DNA of 64,000 nt from Bacteroidota bacterium (GCA_016721435.1 JADKIC010000011.1:13446-77445); one strand, 5' to 3'; shown: positions 22,657-35,098, numbered from the stretch's first letter. A program made the numbers and translations. Notes: generated by a model not told the origin, from the sequence alone.

Positions 22657-25425
22657 AAAGTTTTCTTGAAAAAGTAGTTGCTGCGACCATTGATTTACCG
22701 CCTAGAAAAACGTTGATCCTCTTCCCTACTCAACGGGCTTGTCAGGAATATCGGAAAATAATTGCAACTGCAAAGCAACAAGCAGATTGGTTACCTGCCA
22801 TTCTTCCTATTCGTGATCTATTGCTTAATTTGAAGGCACCCTTGCTTGCAGATGATTTAACGCTATTATTAGAGCTATATGAGGTCCATCGGGAACTATT
22901 TAAGGAAGAGGAGTTTGAGAAATTTATTTCTTATGGACAACAACTTATCGATGACTTCAATGAAATAGACCGCCAGGCGATAAATCCTGATTTATTATTT
23001 GAGGAAATCAATGATTTGAAAAGTCTTGAGGCCAGGTTTTCGCCCGGAGAAGAAGATTTCGAATACATCAGAAGTTTCTGGTCGGAGTTTGTTCGGACAC
23101 CTCTCACTCCACTTCAGGATCAGTTCCTGCATTATTGGAAACAACTTCCGGTTCTTTATCATGAATTCAGGAAACGTTTAGAAAGTAAAAATTTATCCTA
23201 TGAAGGAATGGCCTGGCGTAAAGTGGCGGATACGATGGCGGAGCAGGATTACTTTTCAAAATATTCCACGGTGATCTTTGCAGGTTTTTATGCATTGAAT
23301 AAGACAGAAGAGAAAGTGATGGAAGCCCTGAAGAAACAGGGGAAATTAATGCTTTTAAGAGATGCCGATACTTTTTATACCGATAATAAAATGCATGAAG
23401 CAGGAATGTTTTTCAGAAAGGGTATGCTTGCCGATTCCTCTATTCCCTGGTTGGAAGATTATTTTTCAATTCCCAAAGAGGTATATTCTGTAAAAGGATG
23501 CTCCGGCCGGTTTGCAATAGCCAGAGAGATGGCATCTTCCCTGCATCACCGGCAGCAGCAACGTGAAGTTTCAGTTGAGCAGGAGTCGTTGGTCGTTGTC
23601 CTGGCGGATGAAAGTTTATTGTTTCCCTTATTGCACTTTTGTGGCCGACTGGGAATCACTACCAATCCTTCCATGGGCTTTTCGCTTAAACATCATCCGT
23701 TGATACGTTTGATGCATTTGATAAAAACAGTAAGGCAATTTGAGGACAGCAGTGAAAACAGTGCACTCAAGTACAAACAACTTCAGGAATTTTGTGCTGA
23801 ACCTTTGTTTAAAAGGATATTTACTGAAGAAGAGCTGGGATTAAATTCAAAAGCCTATGCCGCTGCAGATGTAAGTAATTTCCATGATTATTTCAGCCAA
23901 CTACTCTTTAAGCAACCCGTTGATTCGCGTGAAGAACAATCGAATATTTTAGCGCTGTTGGATAAATTTAGATTTCGGGAAGAGGAATGGATACAGCAAA
24001 TACATTTTCAGTTAGTTCATGCAATTAAGCAAGTCTTTACAATACTTGAACTTCATGAAACTGAAATTTCACTAAATGTTTGGTGGCAACTTTTCTGGAA
24101 TCAGTGGAACTAATTTAGAGTTCCATTTAGTGCGAAGAAAAAGAAAAGGAATTCCGATAGTTGGATTTTTGGAGACCCGTTTAATGGATTATTCAACAGT
24201 GTTTATCGCCCCATTGAATGAAGACGTTCTTCCTTCTGTCTCGGTTTCAAAATCATTGATTCCTTATTCGCTCCGCAAAGCGTACCATTTACCCTGCAAG
24301 GAAGAACAAGATGCGGTAACAGCCTACCACTTTTACAGGTTACTTCAACGGGCCCGAAACATTTACTTTTTCTATAATACGGATCTCAATGATACCGGCG
24401 GCGGAGAGCGTAGCAGGTATTTGTTCCAGATCCACCATGAAATAATTGAAAAAGTTAAGCCCGTAAAACTGGAGTACCTGCAACAGGAAAGCCAATTGAT
24501 CCCAGAGCCTATACTTCCCATTAGCATTGCTAAAAATGACTCCATCATTGGAAAGTTAAGGGAAAAATATATCCTGACTGATCCCACCTCCCCACCAAAG
24601 GGCATTTCGGCTTCAGCACTCAGCTCCTATATAGCATGTTCATTGCGGTTTTACCTTGATCAGCTGGTTTATCTCCGGCCCGAGGATAAAACGGAAGGGT
24701 TAAGTGCCGGTCATTTTGGAAACGTTCTGCATAAAGCGATGGAGATTGCCTATGAAGGCAGAAGCATTCTGAATGCGGATGATTATCCTGATATCACTAA
24801 TCGAATTCCGGAAATTGTTGGGTCATCAATAGCCAAAGTCTATGATAAGCCCGTAAATTTTGGTCATGACTATCTGATGAAAGGTGTGTTGACAGAGCTT
24901 ATTCATCGAATTATTAATTTCGATATGCAGCATACTCCATTCGAAATATTGGGATTGGAATTAAATGCAAATTCTGTATTGCCCATTGATGGTGTGGGCA
25001 ATTTTATGATCAAAGGTATCATTGACAGAGTTGATTTTAAAGACGGGAACTATCGTATTCTGGATTACAAAACGGGGCAGGATAAAATAATGAAGAAATG
25101 GAATTTCGAGAAACTCTTCAATGACCCAGCCTATAAACTCAATCTGCAATTGCTTATTTATTGTATGCTTGCAAAGGAAATTCTCGATATTCAAGGTAAT
25201 AATCTCATCGCAGGCATCTTTAAAATGAAAGAGTTTGATGAAGAAATTACCTGGCTCAATGATGCCAATGAAATTGAGGAGGAAACGATGCAGCAGTTCA
25301 TCGCAGGATTAAAGAATCTGCTCTCACAAATATTCAATCCGGAAATACCTTTCTCACAAACTTCCGATCTGAAGAGATGTAGGTATTGTGATTATAAAGG
25401 ACTTTGTCAGAGGCAGAATGCTTAA
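22653..25425 (+). CDS. PD-(D/E)XK nuclease superfamily protein, AddB-like with an iron-sulfur-staple RecB-type nuclease domain. About 925 aa, read as two ORFs overlapping at 24076-24113 (frameshift).
   Basis: The C-terminal region has RecB nuclease motifs (IIDRVDF...ILDYKTGQ) and the terminal Cys cluster CRYCDYKGLC (Cx2Cx5C), as in AddB. No AddA-type helicase partner is present in the window. Confidence 0.65.
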
Positions 25426-25468
25426 ATTACAGGAAAGTGCATTTAAAAAGTGTGATAAATAAGTATTT

Positions 25469-25849
25469 TTAAAAATCTGCTCCCTTTTCTTTTTCGATCA
25501 ATAAATCGATCAATGAAGTGATCATCGATAAAACTATGCTGAACAACATGGCAATCCAAAATCCGTCTACTTTGAATCCATCCTTAAGCAAATAAGAAGT
25601 GATCAGAATGATGGTCGCGTTTATGACCAGTAGAAATAATCCGAGAGTCACAATCGTTATTGGAAACGTTAAAAAAATCAGAATCGGTTTGACATAGACA
25701 TTCATTAAAACGAGCAATAAGGAAACGAGTAATGCAGTTGTAAGTCCTTTTACCTCTACGCCGGGCATCAGGTTCGCTATCAAAAAAACCGATATTGCGG
25801 TAGTTACAATTTTAATTAGGAATTTCATCCGTGTGATTTTCAAGGTCAA
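25469..25849 (-). CDS. Small 4-TM membrane protein of the phage holin family 4 / DUF360 (YvlD-like) type.
   Basis: 126 aa, four hydrophobic helices, and an N-terminal motif (VFLIANLMPGVEVKG) that resembles PF04020 members. Confidence 0.5.
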   Translation of the reverse strand: MTLKITRMKFLIKIVTTAISVFLIANLMPGVEVKGLTTALLVSLLLVLMNVYVKPILIFLTFPITIVTLGLFLLVINATIILITSYLLKDGFKVDGFWIAMLFSIVLSMITSLIDLLIEKEKGADF

Positions 25850-25995
25850 AATTAGGCTTTTATGACCTTTTACCTACAGGATTTAAATTTTATTCAATTT
25901 TCAAACAATTTGATTACCTTGGTCGTTGTATCTTCCAATGAAAGGTTTCAAATTTCTTCCTTTTACAAGATTCGGGTGAAAGCACCTTTGATCAG

Positions 25996-27027
25996 ATGCT
26001 TCGTCTCTTTACCGAACTACTGCAATATACATCCGGTGATGCGAATGAAGCTTTGAACTGGTTGACCGAATTAGACAGACAATACGGTTTTTCCAACTCC
26101 ACATATGGTTTGGGAGATTTTATAAAAGAGCTGAAAGAAAAAGGTTATTTAAAAGAAAATGAACCTGATCAATTCGAAATAACCCCAAAGACGGAACAGG
26201 CGATTCGAAAGGAATCTCTGGATCAGATTTTTGGAAAGCTAAAGAAGAGCAACAAAGGAAACCACAAGACCAATCGTTCAGGGGTTGGTGATGAACCGAA
26301 TGCCAATGTAAGGCCCTGGGAGTTTGGCGATCCTTACGATAATATTGATTTGACTTCTTCCATTCGCAATGCGCAAGTGCATCATGGTATTGACCAATTC
26401 AACCTCACAGAAGACGATCTGGAAATAAAGGAACGGGAGCATAAAAGTAACCACGCAACTGTTTTGATGATCGATATTTCCCACTCCATGATCCTATATG
26501 GCGAAGATAGAATCACACCTGCTAAGAAAACCGCTATGGCACTTGCAGAGATGATTCGTACGAAATATCCAAAGGATTATCTTGATATTATCGTCTTCGG
26601 TGATGATGCCTGGACCATTGAAGTGAAAGACCTCCCCTACCTCAAAGTCGGACCCTTTCATACCAATACTTCTGCTGGTTTAGAATTAGCCATGGACTTA
26701 TTAAGGAAAAGGAAAACGGCGAATAAGCAAATTTTCATGATTACAGATGGAAAGCCCAGTTGCATGAAAATTGGCAATAGTTATTATAAAAATAATTATG
26801 GTCTCGACCGGAAAATTGTGAACCATGTTTTCAATCTGGCCGGACAATGTAAAAAGTTGAAAATACCGATTACGACATTTATGATAGCCAAGGATTCCTA
26901 TCTGCAGGCTTTTGTACGGGATTTTACCCAAATAAATAATGGACGAGCTTTCTACAGTTCTTTAAATGGTTTGGGAGAATTCATTTATGAAGATTATATT
27001 ACTAACCGCAAAAAAACAGTACGCTAA
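25996..27027 (+). CDS. von Willebrand factor A (VWA) domain protein with an intact MIDAS motif. It resembles the C-terminal VWA of ChlD/BchD.
   Basis: MIDAS DxSxS (VLMIDISHSM) with downstream T and D residues (...FMITDGKPS). Its stop TAA is immediately followed by the GTG start of the next gene. Confidence 0.6.
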   Translation: MLRLFTELLQYTSGDANEALNWLTELDRQYGFSNSTYGLGDFIKELKEKGYLKENEPDQFEITPKTEQAIRKESLDQIFGKLKKSNKGNHKTNRSGVGDEPNANVRPWEFGDPYDNIDLTSSIRNAQVHHGIDQFNLTEDDLEIKEREHKSNHATVLMIDISHSMILYGEDRITPAKKTAMALAEMIRTKYPKDYLDIIVFGDDAWTIEVKDLPYLKVGPFHTNTSAGLELAMDLLRKRKTANKQIFMITDGKPSCMKIGNSYYKNNYGLDRKIVNHVFNLAGQCKKLKIPITTFMIAKDSYLQAFVRDFTQINNGRAFYSSLNGLGEFIYEDYITNRKKTVR

Positions 27028-28524
27028 GTGAAAGCATTTCTAAAGAACATTGATAAAATCCATACCCTTGGACAATTGCGTGAGTCGGACTATCGCTCAC
27101 AAGGTGTGAAGAGCGAGATGAGAGAGAACCTAATAGAAGCATTGAAAAGTGGGCAGACTCTTTTTAAACCTATTAAAGGCTACGAAGATTCCGTCATTCC
27201 GCATTTAGAAAATGCTATTCTCTCCAGACATAACATCATTTTATTAGGATTAAGAGGTCAGGCTAAGACCCGTCTTAGTCGCCTGATGGTAGATTTACTG
27301 GATGAATATGTTCCGGTTATTGATCAAAGCGAAATAAATGATGATCCCTTTCATCCTATTTCTTCATACGGAAAAGATCGTATTCAGGAAGCCGGAGAAG
27401 ATACTCCCATTTCCTGGTTACACAGGGATGAACGCTATATTGAGAAACTGGCTACACCGGATGTTTCCGTTGCAGATCTTATCGGTGATTTGGATCCCAT
27501 TAAGGCGGCCGCACTGCGCCTAACGTATGCGGACGAAAGAGTCATTCATTATGGATTAATCCCGCGATCCCATCGTTGTATTTTTGTCATCAATGAATTA
27601 CCCGACTTACAGCCCCGCATTCAGGTGGCATTGTTTAATATCTTGCAAGAGGGAGATATACAGATCCGTGGATTCCGTTTGCGCTTACCATTGGATATCC
27701 AGTTTGTGTTTACTGCCAATCCGGAAGACTATACCAACCGCGGATCCATCGTTACTCCTTTAAAAGATCGTATTGGAAGTCAGATTCTGACACATTATCC
27801 AAGGACGGTAGAGATATCGGCCAGTATCACACAGCAGGAATCAAAAATCCCGGCTGACCAGAAAAACAACATTCATATTCCTCCTCTCTTACTTCGACTC
27901 ATTGAGCAAGTCGCTTTTGAAGCCCGAAAGAGTGAATACATCGATCAGAAAAGTGGAGTTTCGGCTCGCTTGACAATATCAGCCCTTGAGAATTTATACA
28001 GTGCAGTTCAGCGACGTATGCTGATGAATAATGAGAAATCAGCCACAGCACGAATTGCGGACCTTTACGGGGCTATACCTGCCATAACCGGAAAGGTGGA
28101 GCTCGTTTATGAAGGAGAGGTGGAAGGCATTGCCAATGTAGCCTATATGCTGATCGGCAAAGCTATTCGTGCCGAGTATGTGAATTACTTCCCTGATCCG
28201 GAAAGGATGAAAAAGTCGAAGCAAAGAAATCCTTATGCGGATATTCTCCAATGGTTCAATGAAGGAAATGAACTGGATATTCTTCATACCGTTTCTCAGA
28301 AAAAGTACAATGAAGTTTTAACCGCTGTGAAAGGCCTTAAAACGTTGATGAAAGAATACGTGCAAGATACCCCCGAGGAAGATAAATTATTTCTGATGGA
28401 ATTCATCCTGCATGGACTTTCAGAGTATTCCCAAATCAGCAAGCGGAAACTGGATGGAAGTATGAAATTCAGTGATCTTGTTGGAAGTATTTTTAAGATG
28501 GATCAGGAAAATAAGGACGAATAG
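27028..28524 (+). CDS. ChlI/BchI-like (MoxR-related) AAA+ ATPase with a non-canonical P-loop (GLRGQAKT) and a Walker B with Asn in place of Asp (FVINE), plus a roughly 150-aa C-terminal extension.
   Basis: The region between the Walker motifs aligns well with BchI (DVSVADLIGDLDPIKAAA..., RGFRLRLPLDIQFVFTANPEDYTNRGSIVTPLKDRIG matching the ...RFVLVGSGNPEEG...LLDRFG block). The P-loop has Ala before the Lys, as in E. coli RavA (GPPGIAKS). GTG start directly after the VWA stop. Confidence 0.65.
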   Translation: MKAFLKNIDKIHTLGQLRESDYRSQGVKSEMRENLIEALKSGQTLFKPIKGYEDSVIPHLENAILSRHNIILLGLRGQAKTRLSRLMVDLLDEYVPVIDQSEINDDPFHPISSYGKDRIQEAGEDTPISWLHRDERYIEKLATPDVSVADLIGDLDPIKAAALRLTYADERVIHYGLIPRSHRCIFVINELPDLQPRIQVALFNILQEGDIQIRGFRLRLPLDIQFVFTANPEDYTNRGSIVTPLKDRIGSQILTHYPRTVEISASITQQESKIPADQKNNIHIPPLLLRLIEQVAFEARKSEYIDQKSGVSARLTISALENLYSAVQRRMLMNNEKSATARIADLYGAIPAITGKVELVYEGEVEGIANVAYMLIGKAIRAEYVNYFPDPERMKKSKQRNPYADILQWFNEGNELDILHTVSQKKYNEVLTAVKGLKTLMKEYVQDTPEEDKLFLMEFILHGLSEYSQISKRKLDGSMKFSDLVGSIFKMDQENKDE

Positions 28525-28602
28525 TTATTGCGTGAAATCTAATTGTACTGGCTACTCCTCATAAAATAAAATTAATAGACAAAAAATCATAAATCAAACC
28601 AA

Positions 28603-29110
28603 TGTTAAGTGTACTTCTTACCTTTCTCCTGCTCCTGCAGCCGGATGCATCCATTTACTCATTCAAAGTGAAAGACATTAATGGAAAACAATTGATTTCT
28701 CCTCTTTCAAAGGAAAGAAAATATTAATCGTAAATACCGCTTCGGAATGTGGATATACACCTCAATATGCCGACCTTGAAAAATTACATAAGCAGTATGG
28801 AAAAAAAGTGGTGGTAATAGGATTTCCTGCGAATAATTTTGGCGGACAGGAACCGGGAACCAATCAGGAAATTAAATCCTTTTGTTCAAAGAATTACAAT
28901 GTATCCTTTTTGATGGCGGAGAAGGTGTCGGTGAAGGGCAGTGATATCTCTCCTTTATTTAAATGGCTTATTGCACAGGAAAATCCCGATTTCAAAGGCG
29001 ATATTGGGTGGAATTTTGAGAAAATCCTGCTGGATGAAAATGGAAAAGTGATTCGAAGATATAAATCAAAAGTAAAACCTCTTGATGCTGCCATCACCGG
29101 TGAATTGTGA
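28603..29110 (+). CDS. Glutathione peroxidase, with a frameshift near 28693.
   Basis: After the frame switch the sequence reads the conserved FKGKKILIVNTASECGYTPQYADLEKLHKQYGKKVVVIGFPANNFGGQEPG..., with active-site Cys in NTASEC, continuing into ORF 28808-29110. Confidence 0.7.
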
Positions 29111-29174
29111 TTTTTGATGAGTTCCTAATTCTCTGCTATCGTTGAATGAACAGCGCAGTTAACTCCTACAGTAA

Positions 29175-29864
29175 CTACTCTTTCACCAACAGCCGCACCC
29201 CCTTCCCATGAAGTGAAACGATTTCGATGTCGGGATCGTTCTTCAGGTACTTACGCAGTTTTGTAATGAAGACATCCATACTTCTTCCGTTAAAATAGTT
29301 GTCGTCTCCCCAAATGATTTTTAATGCTTTAGTACGGGGCAGAAGATCGTTCTTATGGAGGCATAGTAACCGTAGTAATTCTGCTTCCTTGGGTGAAATC
29401 TGTATGGACTCCTCACCATTTTTTATAATCCTCAATTTATAATCGAAGTTGTATTTTCCGATTGTAAAATCCGATTTATCCTCCAGTTCATTTATTCCCA
29501 ATGATCTCTTTAAAACATTCTTGATTTTATAGAGAAGCACATCTGTATCAAAAGGTTTTGTTAAGTAATCATCCCCGCCAATGCGATAGCCGGTGATCAT
29601 ATCCTCCTTCATACTTTTTGCCGTAAGAAAGAAAACAGGTGTTTTTTTATCCTGTTCCCTGATCTGCTTCGCCAGAGAGAATCCGTCCATTTTAGGCATC
29701 ATTACATCCAGGATGATGAGATCAAAGCCTCCCTTAGCAGAAGTATGGAGTCCTTCAATGCCATCCCGAACCAGTGTGACACGATACTCATTTAATTCCA
29801 GGAAATTCTTTAATACATTTCCAAAATTAACATCGTCCTCCACTAATAGAATATTGGCGTTCAT
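29175..29864 (-). CDS. OmpR/PhoB-family response regulator with a winged-helix output domain.
   Basis: Receiver motifs (ILLVEDD, DLIILDVMMPKMDGF, LTAKS, DDYLTKPF) and a C-terminal wHTH (...DVFITKLRKYL...SLHGKGVRLLV). Confidence 0.85.
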   Translation of the reverse strand: MNANILLVEDDVNFGNVLKNFLELNEYRVTLVRDGIEGLHTSAKGGFDLIILDVMMPKMDGFSLAKQIREQDKKTPVFFLTAKSMKEDMITGYRIGGDDYLTKPFDTDVLLYKIKNVLKRSLGINELEDKSDFTIGKYNFDYKLRIIKNGEESIQISPKEAELLRLLCLHKNDLLPRTKALKIIWGDDNYFNGRSMDVFITKLRKYLKNDPDIEIVSLHGKGVRLLVKE

Positions 29865-29870
29865 TGTATT

Positions 29871-31568
29871 TTATGATTTAGCAATTGGAATTTTCAATGT
29901 GAATGTACTCCCCTTTCCCGGTTCACTCCTTACTTCAACTGTTCCGGAGTGTTTATCCATGATCGCTTTTACATAGCTCAGACCTAATCCAAAGCCTTTC
30001 ACATCATGAACATTTCCCGATTGTACCCTATAAAAATTATCGAATATTTTACTTTGTACCTCAGGGGTCATCCCAATCCCTTTGTCGGATATACTAACAG
30101 AGATGAAATTACCTTCATTAGTGGATTCTACCAGAATCTCCGGCGCTTCAGGACTATACTTATTCGCATTATCCAGCAAATTGATGATCACATTCATCAT
30201 GTGATTGGGATCGGCATTGATCTGAGATGGTGTAGCATTCCATTTTTTTATGATCCCTCCTCCGCGTTGCTCAACGGTAAGTTTCATGCTGGAAATGGCT
30301 GCATCTACAAGGTCTTCCAGGGCTATGATTTCCATATTAAAAACCATTTCACCTTTATCAATTTGGGCCATCTGAAGAACCGTTTCCACCTGACGTAACA
30401 TCCTTTGATTTTCATCACGAATGATATCCGTGTAGAACCTCAGTTTCTCAGGAGATTGATACACTCTTGGATCATTCATGGAGTCATTGGCGATGGCTAT
30501 GGTCGCAATGGGAGTTTTGAACTCATGCGTCATGTTATTGATAAAATCATTCTTCATTTCAGCTAATTTTTTCTGACGAAGAATCACGCGCAAAGTATAG
30601 GAGAAACCCCATATAACAAGTCCGGTGAAAATGAATGACAAGGCGAGTAAAGGCAGGATGCTATTCAGCAAATAATTGTTTTTATCTTTTATTACAATGG
30701 ACAATACATCATCCTTTTTAAATACATCATTTGGGAAAAGCGTTAGTTTAAAATTACTGGTCAGAATGCCCGAAGTATCAGCGAGGGAGTCAGCATAAAG
30801 TACTGTTTTTCCGCTGTTCTTAATAATACCATAGCTATAATCATTTCCTATATTCCAGTTCTTCATTTCCACCCTTACAATAGAGTCGAGAGATCGTTTA
30901 CTGATTCTATCAAAAATATTTCCATTCGGATCTACAATTTGAAAAGTCAGCTTCTGCATCATGGAATTTAACTTTTGTAAACGTGTCTGCATCCGTTTTT
31001 CTGTGATCCACTCCATGGAATCCGGAAGAAAATGCTGCTCCTCTAGTTTTAAGGCGATGATTTCTTTTTGTTGTATATCTTTTTCTATTCTGATGTCAAG
31101 CGTAGAATCTAATCTGAAATACCCGCCCTCTCCCGACTTCTTGCACTCATCATTCTTCTATCTGTAAGAGTCGATACGGTTATTGAGCTCTTTTCTAAAC
31201 TACATTAAAGCTCCGGGTTGAGGTGGCGGTGGCGGTGCATCTGAAGCGATTTCAGTCAGTATGCGCAATAAACTATCATTCATGCCATGACTCGTAACCG
31301 ACGAATCCCCGTTGGCTATATAATTCTTCACTACAATGCGAAGGTTTTCACTTTCTTCAATTTGTTCGACCATCCTATTCATAGCCAGCATCACATTCTG
31401 ATCAAATTGATGGGCTTTTAATTCAAAATCATGCTTCAGCCAATACGATTGCATGGCTATGAGACCCAGCATGGCGATACTCATCATTAATACGATAAAC
31501 CTGAACCTGACTTTATTCATGAACACCAAAATTAGTTGATAAAAACGCAGGTAAAACATCTTAACCAT
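29871..31568 (-). CDS. Sensor histidine kinase. It is read as an N-terminal TM-containing ORF (31200-31568) and a HisKA plus HATPase_c core (29871-31016). The two are in the same frame but separated by two in-frame TAG codons about 17 codons apart.
   Basis: H-box HEFKTPIATI and N/G-box motifs (LLDNANKYS, DKGIGM, GFGLGLSY) in the core. The in-frame extension upstream of the core Met (…GGYFRLDSTLDIRIEKDIQQKEIIALKLEEQHFLPDSMEW) shows coding continues. One TM helix (FRFIVLMMSIAMLGLIAMQSYW) lies in the upstream ORF. Confidence 0.65.
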
Positions 31569-31624
31569 ATATTAACTGCGGTTAACAAGCCATTAACCAC
31601 CGCACCTGAATTACAGACCTATGT

Positions 31625-32221
31625 TTGCCTTACTTAAAAATTATAAACATCATGAATCTATTCAACCCATTGTTATTGGGTCTGGTGATGATAACATCAC
31701 AGGCTCTTTCAGTAAACCCGGACTCAACCAGGAGGAGTACGGAAAAAATTACCATCCATATCACTAGGGAAAAAGACGGTAAGAAAACCGTGATCGACAC
31801 CAGCTTTTCTTCCGGTGGCGATAAAGAAATCGAAAAATTTATGCAGGATCATGATTTAGAAATGAGTATGTCAAAGGGCGACGGCAGAACAAAAGTGATG
31901 AAATGGAAGGACGAAGGCACCGGTAAAGAGAAGAAAATGGAAATCGTTATTGACGGACCGGAACCCCCATCGCCACCCCGAACCCCTCGTGCTCCCGGTG
32001 AACTATCTGACGAGGATGTGCAAGTTTTCTCGTATCAGTTTTCGGATGAGGACCATGAGATGGATATAAAGGAAATGAAAGAGAAAATGGAAAGGGAATT
32101 TGAATTTACAAATAAGTCCGGTAAAGTCATGAGAATTATAGATTCAGATGACATGGATTCACGCAAGAAAAGAAAAAGTAAAAAAATGAAGAAGCGAATT
32201 ATCATCATTGAGGAAATTTAA
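31625..32221 (+). CDS. Hypothetical secreted, highly charged (Lys/Glu/Asp-rich) protein. No recognisable domain.
   Basis: Signal-like N-terminus (MNLFNPLLLGLVMITSQALS after an upstream Met). The remainder is low-complexity and charged (…EMKEKMEREFEF…RKKRKSKKMKKR). Divergent from the kinase gene with only a 56-bp spacer. Confidence 0.4.
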   Translation: MPYLKIINIMNLFNPLLLGLVMITSQALSVNPDSTRRSTEKITIHITREKDGKKTVIDTSFSSGGDKEIEKFMQDHDLEMSMSKGDGRTKVMKWKDEGTGKEKKMEIVIDGPEPPSPPRTPRAPGELSDEDVQVFSYQFSDEDHEMDIKEMKEKMEREFEFTNKSGKVMRIIDSDDMDSRKKRKSKKMKKRIIIIEEI

Positions 32222-32346
32222 GCATCAATCGTGGAGTCAATGAATCCGGCCCGATATACCAGTTAGAAATCAGAGGTATGCCGGGCCTTTTATATACTTT
32301 AACACCGGAGTATTCATGCAAATAAAAGATTTCTATCTTTACCTTA

Positions 32347-33307
32347 TTGCGGCAACTGACTTCATATATAAAGGTATTCATTCGATTTAGATTTCTTCAG
32401 ATCGGAAGAGAATTAAAAGCAACAGGAATATTTATTTCTTTCCTGATCCTTGGTTCTTTACTCCTTTTAATGGTCAATTTAACGGCATTGCTGGACCATC
32501 CGGAACATTCCATATACGTATTGCTTGCTTCTTTTATTCCTGTTTCAATTGTCGGTTTAAGGAAAGATTCCGTCTTTCTGAGAAAGTTCAGTGCACATTA
32601 CAAGTTGATTATTTGTGCTGATTTGATTGTTTTTAGTTTGCCATTTCTTTTGTTGTTCATCCTGAAGTCCTGCTACCTTTACATTCCGATCCTTTTGTCA
32701 GTGATTTTGATGGTTGCCTATCGGCCGGTAGTATTTTCAACCCCTTCAGCCAAAGGCTTAAAATTGAAATTAATTTCATCTATCAACTTTGAATGGCGGG
32801 CAGGGGTCAGGCAGCACCGCATTCTGCTCCTATTGCTCTATATTCTAAGTTTGGTGCTGCTTCCTTTTCCTATTGTTTCTTTAGCGGGCGTCTGGTTCTT
32901 GCATTTTGTTTTTATCTCTTTTTATCAATACAATGAACCGGCTTCTTTTATTGCCGTATATGGACGAAGCGGTAAGGAAATTCTTTTTTCGAAGATCAGA
33001 AAGGCATTGACCCTGCAAGCTATTTTTCAATTTCCGGTGATTATTTTATATGCTATTTTTCAGGAGGGCACATTGCTGATACCGTTTGTGGTTTTTTCTC
33101 CTGCTTCAGATGAGCATGGCATTTGCAATCATTGCCAAATATGCTTTCTATCATCCTGACTCCCCGGCAGGGCCCTCTCAATTCTATCAATATTTATCTT
33201 TTCTCAGTTTCTTGATTCCTTTTCTTGTACCCATTCCTCTTCTATTAAGTCTTATCTGGTTCCGCCGGGCCTCTATAAATCTCAATAAGTATGTTGCTGG
33301 CTATTAA
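32347..33307 (+). CDS. Hypothetical polytopic membrane protein (ORFs 32347-33159 and 33086-33307 in overlapping frames, so probably one gene with a frameshift). It is a possible permease partner of the downstream ABC ATPase.
   Basis: At least 8 hydrophobic segments and no conserved motif recognised. The 3' ORF overlaps the start of the ATPase gene. Confidence 0.4.
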
Positions 33308-34013
33308 AAATCTGAATTTTAATTACGGAAAGTTAAAAGTGCTTTCAGAGGTAAATATTAACCTGCCCAAAGGTGAAATCCATGGATTGGTGGGTGTTAA
33401 CGGATCCGGAAAGACTACTCTTTTGAGATTGATCACAGGATTACTTTCTCCTTTAAGCGGAGAAATACTATGGGATCAGAGACGTATTGGTGTAAATGAT
33501 ATTATTTACATGGAGTCCAATTTATTTTTTTACCCAAACATGACCGGTCGGGATTATATCGATTTCTTTTCTGCCAATAACAGGAATTTCAGGCTGAAAG
33601 ACTGGAATGATATTTTTCAATTGCCCTTGGATGCATTTATTGATTCCTACAGCTCCGGCATGCAACGAAAACTCTCAATTCTGGGCGTATTGGCCTTGGA
33701 CAGACCACTCCTCTTACTGGATGAACCTTTTAATGCACTGGATTTGGAGTCTGTAGAACTCCTTAAAAAATTAATACTGGTGCTAAAGGAAAAGGGTAAA
33801 ACCATCCTACTTACCTCCCACGTATTGGAAACACTTACCGGAACCTGCGATGTCATTCATTATTTAAATGCAGGAACTATAAGAAATTCTTTTACTAAGA
33901 ATAGGTATGATAAATTGCAAGAGGAAATCAGTACCTTCACTACAGCGAAATACAGTGAAAGTATTAAGAATGCAATGAGAAATAACGATGATATAAATTC
34001 ACATCATGAATAA
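33291..34013 (+). CDS. ABC transporter ATP-binding protein.
   Basis: Walker A GVNGSGKTTLL, signature YSSGMQRKLSI (LSGGQ-like), Walker B LLLLDEPFNALD, and an H-loop (LTSHV). Confidence 0.75.
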   Translation: MLLAIKNLNFNYGKLKVLSEVNINLPKGEIHGLVGVNGSGKTTLLRLITGLLSPLSGEILWDQRRIGVNDIIYMESNLFFYPNMTGRDYIDFFSANNRNFRLKDWNDIFQLPLDAFIDSYSSGMQRKLSILGVLALDRPLLLLDEPFNALDLESVELLKKLILVLKEKGKTILLTSHVLETLTGTCDVIHYLNAGTIRNSFTKNRYDKLQEEISTFTTAKYSESIKNAMRNNDDINSHHE

Positions 34014-34052
34014 ACTTGCATAACGTAAATAATGATAACAGCTTCTAATTTT

Positions 34053-34939
34053 CTACCGGATGAAAAAAATCAGGAGTTGAATTTTCTCTTCAATTAAGAA
34101 TCGTCTTTCTTTCAACTCATAAGCATTCCCCTTAGTCATTACATGGACAACCAGGTTTTCAATACTTATAGGAGAACCCTCTGTAAGATCCGCAATGTTG
34201 GAATGTCTGATGCCGTGCCCATCTACAATGATCACTAATCCCGAACCGATAGCTTCCAAATGGTTATTGTTTTTTATCAATACACCGGTATCTTCTCCTA
34301 ATCCGATTCCAATACAGGAAGGATTTGAAGCAACCGCTTGTGCCAAGCGACCAAAGCGTCCACGTTTATCGAAATGAGAGTCAATGATGACATCCTTTAT
34401 AAAAGCAAGACCGGTAGTAATTTTTACTTCGCCTTTAATGAGAGCCCCTGCACTGGAGCCCTGATAAATCATCGTATTACTCATGGCCATTGCTCCCGCG
34501 CTGGTCCCGGCGATAATAAAATCTTCTTCCTGCAAGCGTTGATGAAGCACAGCAAGGATTTCAGTCCCACCAAAAATCGTACTCAGACGCAATTGATTTC
34601 CTCCAGTCATCATTACGGCTTCACAGCTTTTTATCCGTTCTACAAATTCAGGGTTCTGTGCATCCGACCGATCGCGGATATGCATGATTTTTATATTGGT
34701 ACATCCAATTTTACCGAAGGCATGCAAATAATTTTCGCCTACTTCCTGAGGTATACTGGAGGCAGTCGTAATGACTTCAATATGAGCATCTTTTAAGCTT
34801 TTACACTCATGAACTATTCGAGATAGTATTTGAAGTTCAAAAAAATTGAGATTGTTTTTTTGCTGAAAATTTGGTTCCGGCTCTGTCCCTTTATCTTCGT
34901 TCCCCCAATGGCTATTAATTTTCCCTTAATTATCGGCAT
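34053..34939 (-). CDS. cphB: Cyanophycinase (peptidase S51). A frameshift at a C5/G5 run near 34903-34907 splits the N-terminus from the body.
   Basis: Body has the active-site GTSAGA and typical cyanophycinase sequence. The N-terminus MPIIKGKLIAIGG is found in the adjacent frame upstream of the homopolymer. Divergent from cphA. Confidence 0.75.
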
Positions 34940-35098
34940 AATGGTATTTAAATTCAAAGGTACGGACTTGAATATATTTGATGCAAGTCGCCTTCATTTG
35001 GATGAATACGAAACTATTCTTATTTTCATCGGGCGGAGTGACCTGCTGCCTATGGTTTATCAACAGGTCGGATATTAAAACTTTATGCAAAAAATACT